From an uncultured delta proteobacterium (lineage in GTDB: Bacteria > Desulfobacterota > Desulfarculia > JACQYL01 > CAWGVV01), in assembly GCA_963821845.1 (NCBI GenBank), contig CAWGFI010000007.1:54729-118728 (forward strand): DNA of 64,000 nucleotides. Reading direction: 5' to 3'. A program made the translations under genes and the position numbers. Shown here in pieces: positions 30,788-41,403 of this stretch. The notes under the pieces are model-generated. The model was not told where the DNA came from, made no database searches, and saw nothing but the letters and a program-made list of their open reading frames with translations. How positions within the stretch are numbered: position 1 is the stretch's first letter; the number at the start of each line of letters is the position of its first letter.

Positions 30788-33066
30788 ATGCAGGAAAACC
30801 ACATCAGCAAAATCGCCGAGGAGTTGGGGGTCGGACTGAAACAGGTCCTGGCCACCGCCGAACTGCTCAATGAAGGCGCGACCGTGCCTTTTATCGCCCG
30901 TTACCGCAAGGAAGCCACCGGATCGCTGGACGAAGTGGCGGTCACTGACATCAGGGACCGGCTGCGCCAGTTGGAGGATTTGGACAAGCGGCGCGAGGCC
31001 ATTCTCAAGTCGCTCGAAGAACGCAATCTGATCACGGACGAATTGCGGGGCAAAATCGACCGGGCCGAGACGCTCACCGTCCTGGAAGACATCTATCTTC
31101 CCTTTCGTCCCAAACGGCGCACGCGGGCGACCATCGCCAAGGAAAAAGGGCTGGAGCCGCTGGCTCAACTGCTGTTCGAACAGGCCGAAGCGCTCGATCC
31201 GCTCCGGGAAGCCGAAGCCTATCTCAATGAAGAACTGGCTGTGGCCTCGGTTGAAGACGCCCTGGCCGGTGCGCGGGACATCATCGCCGAATGGGTCGAC
31301 TGAAGACCAGGCCGCCCGGGAACGCATGCGGGCGTTTTATGAAGAAAAGGCGGTCATCCGTTCCAAGGTCGTGCCGGGAAAGGAAACCGAAGGGGCCAAG
31401 TTCCGGGATTATTTCGATTGGGAAGAAGGGGCCGCGACGGCTCCGTCGCACCGGGTTCTGGCCATGCGGCGAGGCGAAAAAGAAGGCTTCCTCATGCTGC
31501 AGACGAGGCCGTCCGAAGAGGAGGCCCTGCAACTGCTGTCCGCCATGTTTGTCAAGGGAGGCGGTCCGGCGTCCCAACAGGTGCGGAATAGCGGTGGAAG
31601 ACAGCTACAAGCGGCTGTTGTCCTTTTCCATGGAAACGGAAATCCGGCTGGCTTCCAAGAAACGGGCCGATGAAGAAGCGATCCGGGTTTTTGCGGATAA
31701 CGTGCGGCAGCTCCTGATGGCGCCTCCGCTGGGCCAGAAAAACGTGCTGGCCATCGATCCCGGTATCCGGACCGGCTGCAAAATGGCTGTTCTGGACAGG
31801 CAGGGCAAGTTATTGGACACCGGTGCCATATATCCTTCCCGCTCCGCCGCCGAAAAGATCGCCGCCGCCGAAAAAGTGAAGCAGCTGTGCGCCAAATATA
31901 AAATCGAAGCCATCGCCGTGGGTAACGGCACGGCCGGCCGGGAAACCGAAGCGCTGGTGAAAGGTATCGACCTCCCCGACAAGCCCCTGCTGGTGCTGGT
32001 CAACGAAAGCGGCGCGTCCATCTATTCAGCGTCGGAAGTGGCGCGCAAGGAATTTCCGGACCTGGACTTGACGCTGCGCGGGGCCGCGTCCATCGGCAGG
32101 CGGCTGATGGACCCGCTGGCGGAGCTGGTCAAGATCGATCCCAAGTCCATCGGCGTGGGGCAGTACCAGCACGACGTCAATCAGCAGGAGCTGAAACAAG
32201 GTCTGGACGACACGGTCATGAGCTGCGTCAACGGGGTAGGGGTGGAAGTCAACACCGCCAGCGAACAGCTCCTCACCTACGTGTCGGGCCTGGGGCCGCA
32301 GCTGGCCCGGAACATCGTTTCCTTTCGCGACGAACACGGCCCGTTTTCGACCCGGAACGAACTCAAGGAAGTCCCCCGGCTGGGGCCCAAGGCCTTTGAA
32401 CAGGCGGCCGGTTTTCTGCGCATCAGAAACGGCGGCAACCCGCTGGACTCCAGCGCGGTGCACCCCGAATCCTATCCCATTGTGCAGAAAATGGCCAAGG
32501 ACCTGTCCTGCGAGGTGCGGGACCTGCTGCAAAAAGAGGAACTGCGCAAATCCATCAGACTGGCCGGTTATGTGACCGACATGGTGGGCATGCCCACCCT
32601 GCTGGACATCATGGACGAACTGGCCAAGCCGGGCCGCGATCCCCGCAAGCAGTTCGAAGCCGTGGGGTTTGCCGAAGGCATCAACACCATCGAAGACCTT
32701 GAACCCGGCATGAAACTTCCCGGCGTGGTCACCAACGTGACCGCCTTCGGCGCTTTCGTGGATATCGGCGTGCATCAGGACGGGCTGGTGCACATCAGCC
32801 AGATCGCCGACCGGTTTGTGAAAGACCCGGCGGAGGTGGTCAAGGTTCAGCAGCAGGTCAGGGTGACCGTTCTGGAAGTGGACCGGGAACGAAACCGCAT
32901 TTCGCTGTCCATGAAAGAAAATCCGTCCCAGGACAGGAAATCGGCGGACAAAAACGAATCCCCGGCCCCGCGTCCCAAGCAGAAACAAATGAAGAAAAAA
33001 GCCGAACCCGAACCGTTCAACAATCCATTCGCGGCGGCTTTTAAGAAGGGCAAGAATAAACGGTAG
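30788..33066 (+). CDS. tex: Tex (YhgF) transcription accessory protein, frameshifts near 31297 and 31585
   Basis: GATVPFIARYRKEATGSLDE, AIDPGIRTGCK, NESGASIYSAS, IGVGQYQHDV, C-terminal S1 domain, spread over three reading frames. Confidence 0.93.
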
Positions 33067-33098
33067 ATAGAGCGGGGCGGAGAGATCTTGCCCCCACA

Positions 33099-33737
33099 CT
33101 ACTTATTGATTTTTTCCAGGAATTCTACCAATAAATCCACGGTGGTGGAAGGATTGCTGGTGGGCAGATCACCGTTGTTATCATGGCGTTCTCTTAAATG
33201 GCGGGCATTCTCAATGGCTGTAGACTGCAAGTGGCGTAATTCTTCATATACCGATGGACGGCCTTTTACATAGCCATCCAAGCGGCCAGTGGCGCGTAAT
33301 TGCTTTGCGCAGTCAACTCTATGGATGTGGGCGGTTTGTCTATCATAATGAAGTAAATACCATAGCTCGAAACATGGATTGGAAAATGCTACGTTGAAAC
33401 TATTCCCTTTAGCCATATCCATTGCTTGTTCTATGGTTTGGTGATCGTCATGATCGAATACCACCCAAATTTCATCGTAAACCAATCCGTCGGCTTTCAT
33501 TTCCTCAAATACGTCTTTTGCGCAACGCACCAAGGTTAACGGGTCGGTACCATTACACTCTTTGCTGGTCACTATTTTTATACGAGTTTCAGGGATTCGT
33601 TTTCTTATTCTTATGCCATGGAAATACAAAGGCTCGGTTTTCAAACCCTCACAAACAATTAATATCAACGGCTTGGGGGGAAGCCTACGAGACGTTCTAC
33701 CCCTTCTCCCTCCCTTTCTAAATGCTCCGCTACTCAT
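33099..33737 (-). CDS. RloB-family (TOPRIM-like) protein, AbiLii-like
   Basis: LIVCEGLKTEPLYF, WVVFDHD, SNPCFELWYLLH, NPST.V..LV motifs. Confidence 0.88.
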   Translation of the reverse strand: MSSGAFRKGGRRGRTSRRLPPKPLILIVCEGLKTEPLYFHGIRIRKRIPETRIKIVTSKECNGTDPLTLVRCAKDVFEEMKADGLVYDEIWVVFDHDDHQTIEQAMDMAKGNSFNVAFSNPCFELWYLLHYDRQTAHIHRVDCAKQLRATGRLDGYVKGRPSVYEELRHLQSTAIENARHLRERHDNNGDLPTSNPSTTVDLLVEFLEKINK

Positions 33738-35125
33738 GCGTGCGTCTCTTTGCTGTCTGAAATCGGGCCAAAGGTCGCGTAGTCTGGCTCATCCAACAAT
33801 TTTTCGATATAAGGGATTCCACCATATCTGCCCGCCAAGTACCCCTTTTTCAGGTTTTCGTCGTTCCTGATTTTGTGATCTTTGAAATCCCAGAGAGAGT
33901 ACAATTGAGTTCCACCTTGATCGTCTTTTTCGGTCAGCCATATCTGATCACGCCGGAACAAATCTTTGGTGTCCAATAGATTTACGTCATGAGTTGTAAA
34001 TATCAGCTGACCACCCTTACGGTTTATGTCGTTATCGTGAAACATTTCCACAATTGCACGTGTAAGTAGCGGATGAAGACGCACATCCAACTCGTCCACA
34101 AACAAACATTCCCCTCCCATAATCGAGAGAAGAAGCGGACCAGCCATAGCAAAATATTTACGAGTTCCGTCTGATTCTTCAAACAGATCGAAAGCAATTG
34201 ACTTTTGCTTTCCTTCCACGCTTTTGCCTTCGTGCAAAGTAATTGCTCTCAGAACCTTTGCCACTTTTGCGTCGCTTCCGCCTAATTTAGTTATTAAATC
34301 TTCAACAGTTTGGATTAGCTCTTCAGGTGGAGATATAAGGGATGCTCGCATAGAATCCCGCAAAGAAACTGTGTCTATTTGGAAGTCAGCAATTCCAAGA
34401 TCAGCATTTTTTAATAAATATAAGGTCCAAAGTTTAAATTCATCTTTATCCCGAGCCATTTTCAAAGTGAATTGTTCTAGTTTATTCGATAAATCTATAT
34501 TTATAATTTTCCTGAAGTGAAACGAAAACCACTCTTTTATAATTTTGGCGAGTGGATGTTCGAATTGAGCGGCCACGGAGATAAACAGGACGTTATTTGC
34601 GGTCCTATTGGCGAGCCGTTTCGCTTCACCCGACCAATGTGGTCCGAAAGTATACGCATTGGAGGGGTTTTCCGGGTCGTGCTTACTACCATCGCGTTCG
34701 AATAAGAGCCGCTTACGATTTTCCGGATAGCTATACAGCCATTCGTCAAAAATTCGCCTAGAGTCCAGGGAAAACCCATAGAGATACGGGACGCGCTCAA
34801 TCAAAAACATTGCTTCAAATTCAGTCGGTTTCTCGCGATATTGTTCGTCCAGCTTGAAAGGGATCACGCCCGTTGGATTTCCCTCGCTTTTCTCTTTAAA
34901 GGAATTGACCACGTAATCTTTCATGAAACTCAGGGCCTTGAGCAAATTCGATTTGCCGGATGCGTTCGCCCCATAAATGGCGGCTGTTTTTAGTAAATCA
35001 AACTTGCTTCCTTGGGCTGATTCGATCACGTTTTGAGGTAGCGACCTGTCGCGAGAGGCCTCCATGCTCAAGGTAACCTTGTCTTTAAAGGACAAGAAAT
35101 TTTCAACGCTGAACTCGATTAACAT
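33734..35125 (-). CDS. AAA_21/RloA-type ATPase, AbiLi-like
   Basis: IYGANASGKSN Walker A, ESDGTRK signature, VDELD..LHP Walker B, QLIFTTH, YLAGRYGGIP; ATGA overlap with RloB gene. Confidence 0.9.
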   Translation of the reverse strand: MLIEFSVENFLSFKDKVTLSMEASRDRSLPQNVIESAQGSKFDLLKTAAIYGANASGKSNLLKALSFMKDYVVNSFKEKSEGNPTGVIPFKLDEQYREKPTEFEAMFLIERVPYLYGFSLDSRRIFDEWLYSYPENRKRLLFERDGSKHDPENPSNAYTFGPHWSGEAKRLANRTANNVLFISVAAQFEHPLAKIIKEWFSFHFRKIINIDLSNKLEQFTLKMARDKDEFKLWTLYLLKNADLGIADFQIDTVSLRDSMRASLISPPEELIQTVEDLITKLGGSDAKVAKVLRAITLHEGKSVEGKQKSIAFDLFEESDGTRKYFAMAGPLLLSIMGGECLFVDELDVRLHPLLTRAIVEMFHDNDINRKGGQLIFTTHDVNLLDTKDLFRRDQIWLTEKDDQGGTQLYSLWDFKDHKIRNDENLKKGYLAGRYGGIPYIEKLLDEPDYATFGPISDSKETHA

Positions 35126-35332
35126 GGATTGACTCCTCGTATATAAAATATAAAAAGAAAAAGTAGTTCTATTGAGAGGTAATAATAACCTACATTAGAA
35201 CATTTTTTCACAAAAAAGCAATTCAAATTGGCACTTTTAGGTTATTTGAAATGCAAAATCAGAGCCACAAATTGGCATCTTTTTTTCTGCTTTTCATTTC
35301 TCTTCCCTTAGGCCGGTCTTTTGGCCGTATTA

Positions 35333-35424
35333 GGCGGGTTTCGCCTGGCGGCTCTACCCGCCCTACGCGGACTACCCGCCCTTGTAGGCTCGCCTGTAGG
35401 GGGCGGTTTGAAACCGCCCCCTAC
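35333..35424. repeat. GTAG-type palindromic repeats; relatives at 36682-36710, 38843-38869 and 54471-54504
   Basis: GTAGGGGGCGGTTTGAAACCGCCCCCTAC at 35396-35424; 35333-35366 is nearly the reverse complement of 54471-54504. Confidence 0.8.
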
Positions 35425-36645
35425 TCAATAATGTCGGTTCTCATTCCCATCACCTCTTCGCCATCCCCGGCCAGGGGAATGTCATAAGTTTCCGAAAGAT
35501 AGGAAAGCGGCGTGTGGGCGGCCAGTCCCAGGTCCTTGAGGAGGATGCGGTCGCGTTCGGCCAGTTCCTTGAGGTTTTTCTCCGCCTCTACTCGTCGCCA
35601 TACCTTGGGATAGCCGTTCCGAAGCTCTTCGGGCGGGAAGTTGAGATGGCAGATCCAGCGCACGGCCTGGCGGTTGATCGCTTCGCACAGCGCGTCGGCG
35701 TCGGCCTTTACGATGTCCAGCCGCACTTCGTTGTGCACCTTGCCGAGCGCGTAGGTTCCGGCGTCGCTCGTTTCCGAGGTAAGCGTCTGGCCCAGGATCA
35801 CCTTGGCGATGGCGCGGTTCATGAACTCGCACAGATCGGCGTAGGTGTTCACCGAACTGGAACGGGACGCCTCCAGCAGCTCGATGGTCATGTCCTGCGG
35901 CACGATAATCGCCGGTTTCCTGCTGAATGGCGTCGATGGCTTCCAGAAGCTTGTCCCGTTCGGCTCCGGTGGCGGTGGGCGGATACTTGCCGATGGCGGT
36001 GGGGGAGCCGAATTTTTCGGCGAAAATCATCCAGAACTTGATGGCGTTTTTCTTGAACCACACCGGCCAGTACAGACGGTAGCCCAGCCCCAGCCCGAAC
36101 GGATTGTGCGACGACGCGCCGTAGCGAAAGGTCTGAAATTTGCGCTCCGGAAGCGCTTCCCCTTCAATGGGGCTGCCGTTGGTAAAGCAGCCGGGGCTGG
36201 TCGTCCCAGTCAAAGGTGAATCGATGCGGTTCGCGGCCCCGGAATTCCCCGATCCATCACCTGCCCCTCGGACGCTTCCCACATGATTTCCGAAACCTTG
36301 TAGCCGGTCGAGCAGCGCCTGGAGCAGTTCAAAGCAGGCGGCGTCGAAGTTGGTTTCCTCCAACACCGATCGCACGAAATCGGCCACGCGCCGGTCGTGC
36401 GGGCTTCCGGTCTTGGGGATCACTTCCCATTCCCGGCCGATCACCGCCAGCCGTCTGGTCTGCACACCCGCGAACACCTGATCGTCCCGTTCCAGCTCCT
36501 CGTATACCCGCACGCCACGTCCCCGCGCTTCGGCGCGCAACAGCTTGTCCGGGTTGTCGCGGGTTCCGAGCCACCCGTAAAATAAATCCACATCCTTGCG
36601 CGTGGACGCTATTTCGTTCAGTAATGGCCGAGTGTCCGTCGTCAT
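35421..36645 (-). pseudogene. Mu gp29/DUF935-type portal protein, frameshifted
   Basis: YEELERDDQV...RRLAVIGREW, GLG..LYWPVWFKKNAIKFWMIFAEKFGSP, MNRAIAKVILGQTLTS, ALGKVHNEVR across several frames. Confidence 0.8.
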
Positions 36646-36729
36646 GGCATATCTCCTTGAAAGAAAGGATTTTTTCCTGTCGTCAGGGGCGGTTGGCGAA
36701 CCGCCCCCTACAGGGTTTGCGTATCATTT

Positions 36730-36899
36730 CGTCATTCCGCGGCTTGACCGCGTAACGAAGAAAGAAGTTGGCCTGGATCCCCCGGTCAAGCCGGGGGATG
36801 ACGAGGGTGGTGGTTGTTCATCGTTGCCTGGGGTGTTGTCATTGTTCGTTGCCTAGGTTGTTATTGTTCGTTATTGCCCGGCTTGACCGGGCAATCCAG
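36730..36899. repeat. CGTC palindromes (36730-36803, 36869-36899) with short degenerate tandem between them
   Basis: ctggatcccccggtcaagccgggggatgacg; cgttattgcccggcttgaccgggcaatccag. Confidence 0.85.
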
Positions 36900-36970
36900 T
36901 CATTTCAACTAGTTGTGACGCCTCCCAAAAAGTTTCCGCCATTTCCACTAACAAAAATTCCCTTCTCTTC

Positions 36971-38513
36971 TCAATAATTGGACATGCCTCCCGCCGCTCG
37001 TCTTCTGCCGCTGGCCGCGTATTCGAATCCCGCGCCGGCGTCATGAAGCAAACTGACCGCGCCTTCCAGCGCGTCCGCGCCGTCGTCGGGAACCGAAGGC
37101 TGGTCCAGAAAAGGAGTTGTTCCACCAGCGTTTTCTGATCTCCCTGATCCTTGCGGAACAGCAGCGATCCGTGTTCCACCAGGTGCGAAAGCCCGGCTAT
37201 GATGCGGGCCTGCTTGTTGGACGCGTGATGCATGGTTCTTTACGGGCAGATGGTAGCCTTTTTCACGGGCGGCGTAATCCAGGACCGCGCGCAGGAAGTC
37301 CTTGAGCGCGTTGTCTTCCACGCCCAGACGCAGCCAGCGATGCAGCCCGTACCGCTGGTAGGCGGCGTCGATCATGATGCGCCGGGGTGGCCTTGCGAAT
37401 CCAGGCGTCCAGCACATAGTAGATCATGGCTTCGCGATCCAGGCCCACGGTCACCAGGGCCTTGTCGTCGCCGGTTTCCTTGCTGGACGGGTCCAGAAAG
37501 CCCACCACGATCAAGGCCTTACCGGCGATTTCGCTGGGGTGGTAATACCTGATCCATTCTTCCCGGAACGCGCGCGTCTTCATCCAGGGGGTTGTTCTGC
37601 TTCTCCTTGTTAAAGGCGATGGATCCCATCATGCGCTTTTGTTCCATGAGTTTGGACACGGGATGCCGTTCCGGCCACAGGGACGATCCGTCACTTTGGA
37701 CAGCCCGGTAGATTTTGCGGCTCCACTGATTGAACGGCTCCTCCTCTCCGCGCGCGATGATGTTGAGCGCCGAACTGCGCGCCAGAATGGTGCCGATGAT
37801 GAACAGCGATCCATCCGGCGCTATGCCGGGATACACGGCTTCCACGATCCATTTGAGCAGGGACCGAACCAGGCGAGGATTCTGGACGTTAAGGTCGTTC
37901 TCCAGGTCGTCCAGAATGACCAGATCGGGCCGGTGCTGGCGGTGCTTGAGTCCCCGCACCCGCTGTCCGCGGCCTCTCGCCAATACTCGCACGTCGTTGG
38001 TGGTGGTGAAATCGTCTGAAGACCACGTTTCCCGCGCCAGTTGTGCCGAAATCCTGGATGATTCTCCGGTTGCGGCACAGTTCCACCAGAATATAGGAAG
38101 TCAGGTCGCTGGCCAGATCCTCGGTGTCCGACCCGATGATGATGAAATGGCGCAGTTTGAACAGCAGCTGATGCAGGGCATAACCGAAGCTGGTTATGGT
38201 GGATTTGGCGAATTCGCGCGGCGCGGCCACGGCCACCGGAATAACCGGTTCTTCCGTTGACGGCCGTTGATCGAGCATATCCACCAGTTCATGATGGAAC
38301 GGGGCTTCCTTGTCCGTGAAGTAATGAGGCAGATAAGTCCGGAAAAAATAAAAATGATCGCTTTTCGCGCGCTGCTAACCGTTCCTTACGCGCTTCACCG
38401 TCCGGCGGCGCTGCCAGCGTGTCTTCCCGGCAGCGAATGAAGAAGCGCCTCGCACCGCCGTCGTAAACTCGGTCTTGGAAAGTTCTTTTATGTATGGTGA
38501 TTTTTTCGGCCAT
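36971..38513 (-). pseudogene. Phage terminase large subunit (Mu gp28-like), multiple frameshifts
   Basis: VAAPREFAKST Walker A, RVRGLK...RPDLVILDDLEND Walker B, IGTILA, FLDPS nuclease motif, DDGADALEGAV; fragments in at least six ORFs. Confidence 0.85.
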
Positions 38514-38744
38514 TAGAATCATTTGTGGGGAATTTTTCCCCCGCGCCCCCTGCGGAGAGATTTCTCGCTGCGCTCGAAATGACAAGAGCGGTTCTAGAAC
38601 CGCGCTATGGAAAAATGTTTTTTTCGCTCTCGTTCCCAATGAACTTGGGGACTATTGGTCGTCGGGCAGTTCACTCCCATCCGTAGGCCGTTACCAGGTA
38701 CAACCAGGTAACGAGAAGTTTCGAATCGGCAACAGTGCCGTTTT

Positions 38745-38820
38745 CGTCATTCCGCGACTTAATCGCGGAATCCAGTGTTTTCAAATGCTTCTGGACTCCC
38801 GGATTTCGCGCGGGGTGACG
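38745..38820. repeat. CGTC palindrome doublet (degenerate right arm)
   Basis: cgtcattccgcgacttaatcgcggaatccag...ctggactccc...ggggtgacg. Confidence 0.8.
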
Positions 38821-38985
38821 AGGTGGGGGCTTTTTCAACAGCCTGGGGCGGTTCGCGAAGCGCCCCTACAGTACATAAAACGCTTTTTACGCGCCGAAGG
38901 CGCAGGCGAAAGCTTTTTGAAGGGGTTTGGGGGTAACATTTCCCAAAAGGTTACCGCCATTCAACTAACTACAACTATTTACCAT

Positions 38986-39423
38986 CTACCCATGTTCGGC
39001 GAGATATTCGAAAAAAGCCGTGGATGAGTTGCAATTCCGCGTCTAAACGATCCGGTTCCAGGGTTGTTTGAGGTATTCGGCGTAGCGGCCCATAACTTCC
39101 AGAGTCGCCGTCGCTCAAGTCCACGCCGCCTTTTTCCATCCGTTCGATGCTGGCGGTGATTTTGGCGATTTCGTCCACATCGGCCGAGGTCATGTTTTCA
39201 TCCAGTTCGAGGATTTTATGTTCCAGTCGTTTCTTCAGGATGTCCACCGCGCCGCGCTTGTAAACCGTCGCCGCCATTCGTTCTCGGCTCCATCCATAGA
39301 GTGAACTCCATTTTTTAAGGGAAGAGACGGAAACGGGGATCAGTTTGGCGATGCTGGGGACACTTTTACCGGCCAGGTATAATTCCTTTGCCCGTTTTCC
39401 GTAGACTTCAAATTTGTTCTCAT
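38986..39423 (-). pseudogene. HTH protein, DUF1804/Mu gp27-like putative terminase small subunit, frameshifted
   Basis: Manual translation RAKELYLAGKSVPSIAKLIPVSVSSLKKWSSLYGW (HTH) upstream of the listed ORF; start frame broken; position before terminase. Confidence 0.6.
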
Positions 39424-39424
39424 A

Positions 39425-39667
39425 TCAGACTTCAAGTTCGAGTCGGGCCACGTCCTTACTCACGTTTTTCCACCGTTCGCACAGGCCGGTCAGTTCCTGA
39501 GCGGCTTGCAGAACTTTGTCGGTTTCGATGGACTCCACGCCGTCAAAGGGAAAGGCGTAGTATTCCAGGTCCTTGACGCACCGGTCGATTTTTATTTCCA
39601 GGGCCTCCAGTTCCTGCCGTTTTTCCACAATGAGGCCCCGCTTCATCAGTTTATGTTTTTCCGCCAT
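39425..39667 (-). CDS. Hypothetical small coiled-coil phage protein
   Basis: Intact 80-aa helical ORF abutting the HTH gene, as in Mu-like pre-terminase genes. Confidence 0.6.
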   Translation of the reverse strand: MAEKHKLMKRGLIVEKRQELEALEIKIDRCVKDLEYYAFPFDGVESIETDKVLQAAQELTGLCERWKNVSKDVARLELEV

Positions 39668-40127
39668 GGTTTTTGTTTCCCCGCTACTGTCAGTTGATTC
39701 GGTTTAAAGAAAGAGCGCCGGTTGCGCATCGATCGAGAGAATGTTCGCCCCGGGAATCTATTGAGTTGATTGTTGAAGGCGCCCCTCACCCTTGCCCTCT
39801 CCTCGGAGGCTGTCGATTTTGGAACAATTTGGTTTTCGGAAACCAAATGTTTTGCGCTTTCTTCGCCACTCAATTCGCGCAGGTTGATGCGATTTCACGG
39901 CTACTCCCCCCTAGCCCCCCTCATTGAGGGGGGTGGCGAAGCCGGGGGGAGTTAATGTAAGGATATGAAATTGCTTATATAAATTAGCTGATCCTCGAAT
40001 GTCGATCCGGCATGGTTTCATTTGCGCCAAGCGTCCGCGCTTGTCATTTCGAGCGCGGCGAGAAATCTCTCGCCGGGGCGCGGGAGGAGAAATTCCCCCG
40101 CAATGCATTTCTTCTCGTTTTTTGCCC

Positions 40128-40471
40128 TCACCGTATGTAGTAGGCCATGGCGGCGTTGAACAGGAACACCAGCGCGGCCAGACCTCCGGCAAAAAGGTAA
40201 ACCGCGAATCCAGCCGCTGAATCCGGCCTTCCACCTGCTTTTCCATTTGCCGCCAGCCCTGCTTCACGGTCTCTTCGCGCTGTTCCCACTGGCCTTGCAG
40301 ACGCCGCTGTTCCTGGCGGATTTCGCCCACGTCGCGGCAGGCCAGTTCATTGACCCGCCGCTGCTCGGCGATACTCATGCGCACCACGGTTTCCAGCTTG
40401 CCCATGCCGACCCGCAGTCCGTTCAATCCTTCGTTCAGTTCATCGAGCGTCGCTCGCAGATCGTCACTCAT
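40128..40471 (-). pseudogene. Coiled-coil protein with C-terminal TM (phage-type), one frameshift
   Basis: GGAGG RBS; correcting the T-run after SRFTF gives FAGGLAALVFLFNAAMAYYIR-stop. Confidence 0.55.
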
Positions 40472-40846
40472 GGTGGTCCTTCATCCTTCCGTCTGTGGCC
40501 TCGTTTTCCATCCTTAAAGAAGGGGGGAAGGCGGTCCGTCCAGGCGCCTGTCCGGACCGCCGGAAGGAAACGAGGCGGGTACAATCGGACCCAACCATAG
40601 ATCAGTTTGACGATGAATGGTGTCGCGGGAGTGTACGGGTGTCACGAAATGATGGGGAAGCGCGTTTATTGGAGAAAATTTGGAAAGAGGGTTTTTGGCT
40701 CGAGCCGCTTTCAACTTCTCGTTACCAGGTTGTACCTGGTGATTGGAGCGAGTCGCTTTTCATAAGCGTTTTGTCGTTTCGAGCGCGGCGATAAATCTCA
40801 TGCAGGGGGCGCGGGGGAGGAAACTCCCCCGCCAGGCTTGAAGTAT

Positions 40847-41047
40847 TTATCCCTTGAAGGTGGAACCGGCGGGCAGCATGTCGTCCGGCGGCGGCTGTCC
40901 GTGTTTTTTACGGTATTCTTTCCGTTTGCATTGTTCCATCTTGGGTCCCTGGCAGTATTGTTTTACAAGACCGGAGCACGCGGCGGCATAGCTTTTAGCG
41001 TATTTGTTGAAAAATCCGCACTTTTCCAGAAGTTCGCAATTCGCCAT
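40847..41047 (-). CDS. Small Cys-rich hypothetical protein
   Basis: AAGGA RBS; 66 aa with C-x5-C-GFF...C...YC...C and PDDMLP tail. Confidence 0.7.
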   Translation of the reverse strand: MANCELLEKCGFFNKYAKSYAAACSGLVKQYCQGPKMEQCKRKEYRKKHGQPPPDDMLPAGSTFKG

Positions 41048-41306
41048 TTCTCATCCTTCCTTTTTATAGCGCGCAATTCCGCATGGCGTCAAAATAATTA
41101 TGTGAACAGCATAATGCAATTATCGAATAATTAATGAAGAAACTTTAGTCATATTAGGAAAAATGCTTGTAGCAAAGTATAAAATTAAAAAGAAAGGGAA
41201 AATAGAGAGATAATAAACAGATAAATCGATGCTCGCCGGTTTCTTGAGCGGAAACCGGACCTTGCGGGCTCCTCCGGCGCGAGCCGCCATGAATCGAGAT
41301 TTCCTA

Positions 41307-41335
41307 TTGACGCGGTCCGACGCGCGCGGGACAAT
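41307..41335 (+). promoter_or_regulatory. Candidate sigma70 promoter
   Basis: TTGACG-17 nt-GACAAT about 70 nt upstream of the oxidoreductase start. Confidence 0.5.
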
Positions 41336-41403
41336 ACTACGTGACGGATAAATCTACAACGGCCGTTTCGCTTCGGCGACGGGACGCTTAAAAGGGGGAA
41401 TAT

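Noticed and set aside
30788-33066. Programmed frameshifting in tex, bioA or bioF
   Set aside because: No slippery heptamer with stimulator was recognised, these families are not known to be recoded, and scattered indels fit sequencing error.
35421-40471. Complete inducible prophage
   Set aside because: No integrase/transposase, capsid, tail or lysis genes and no att sites recognised.
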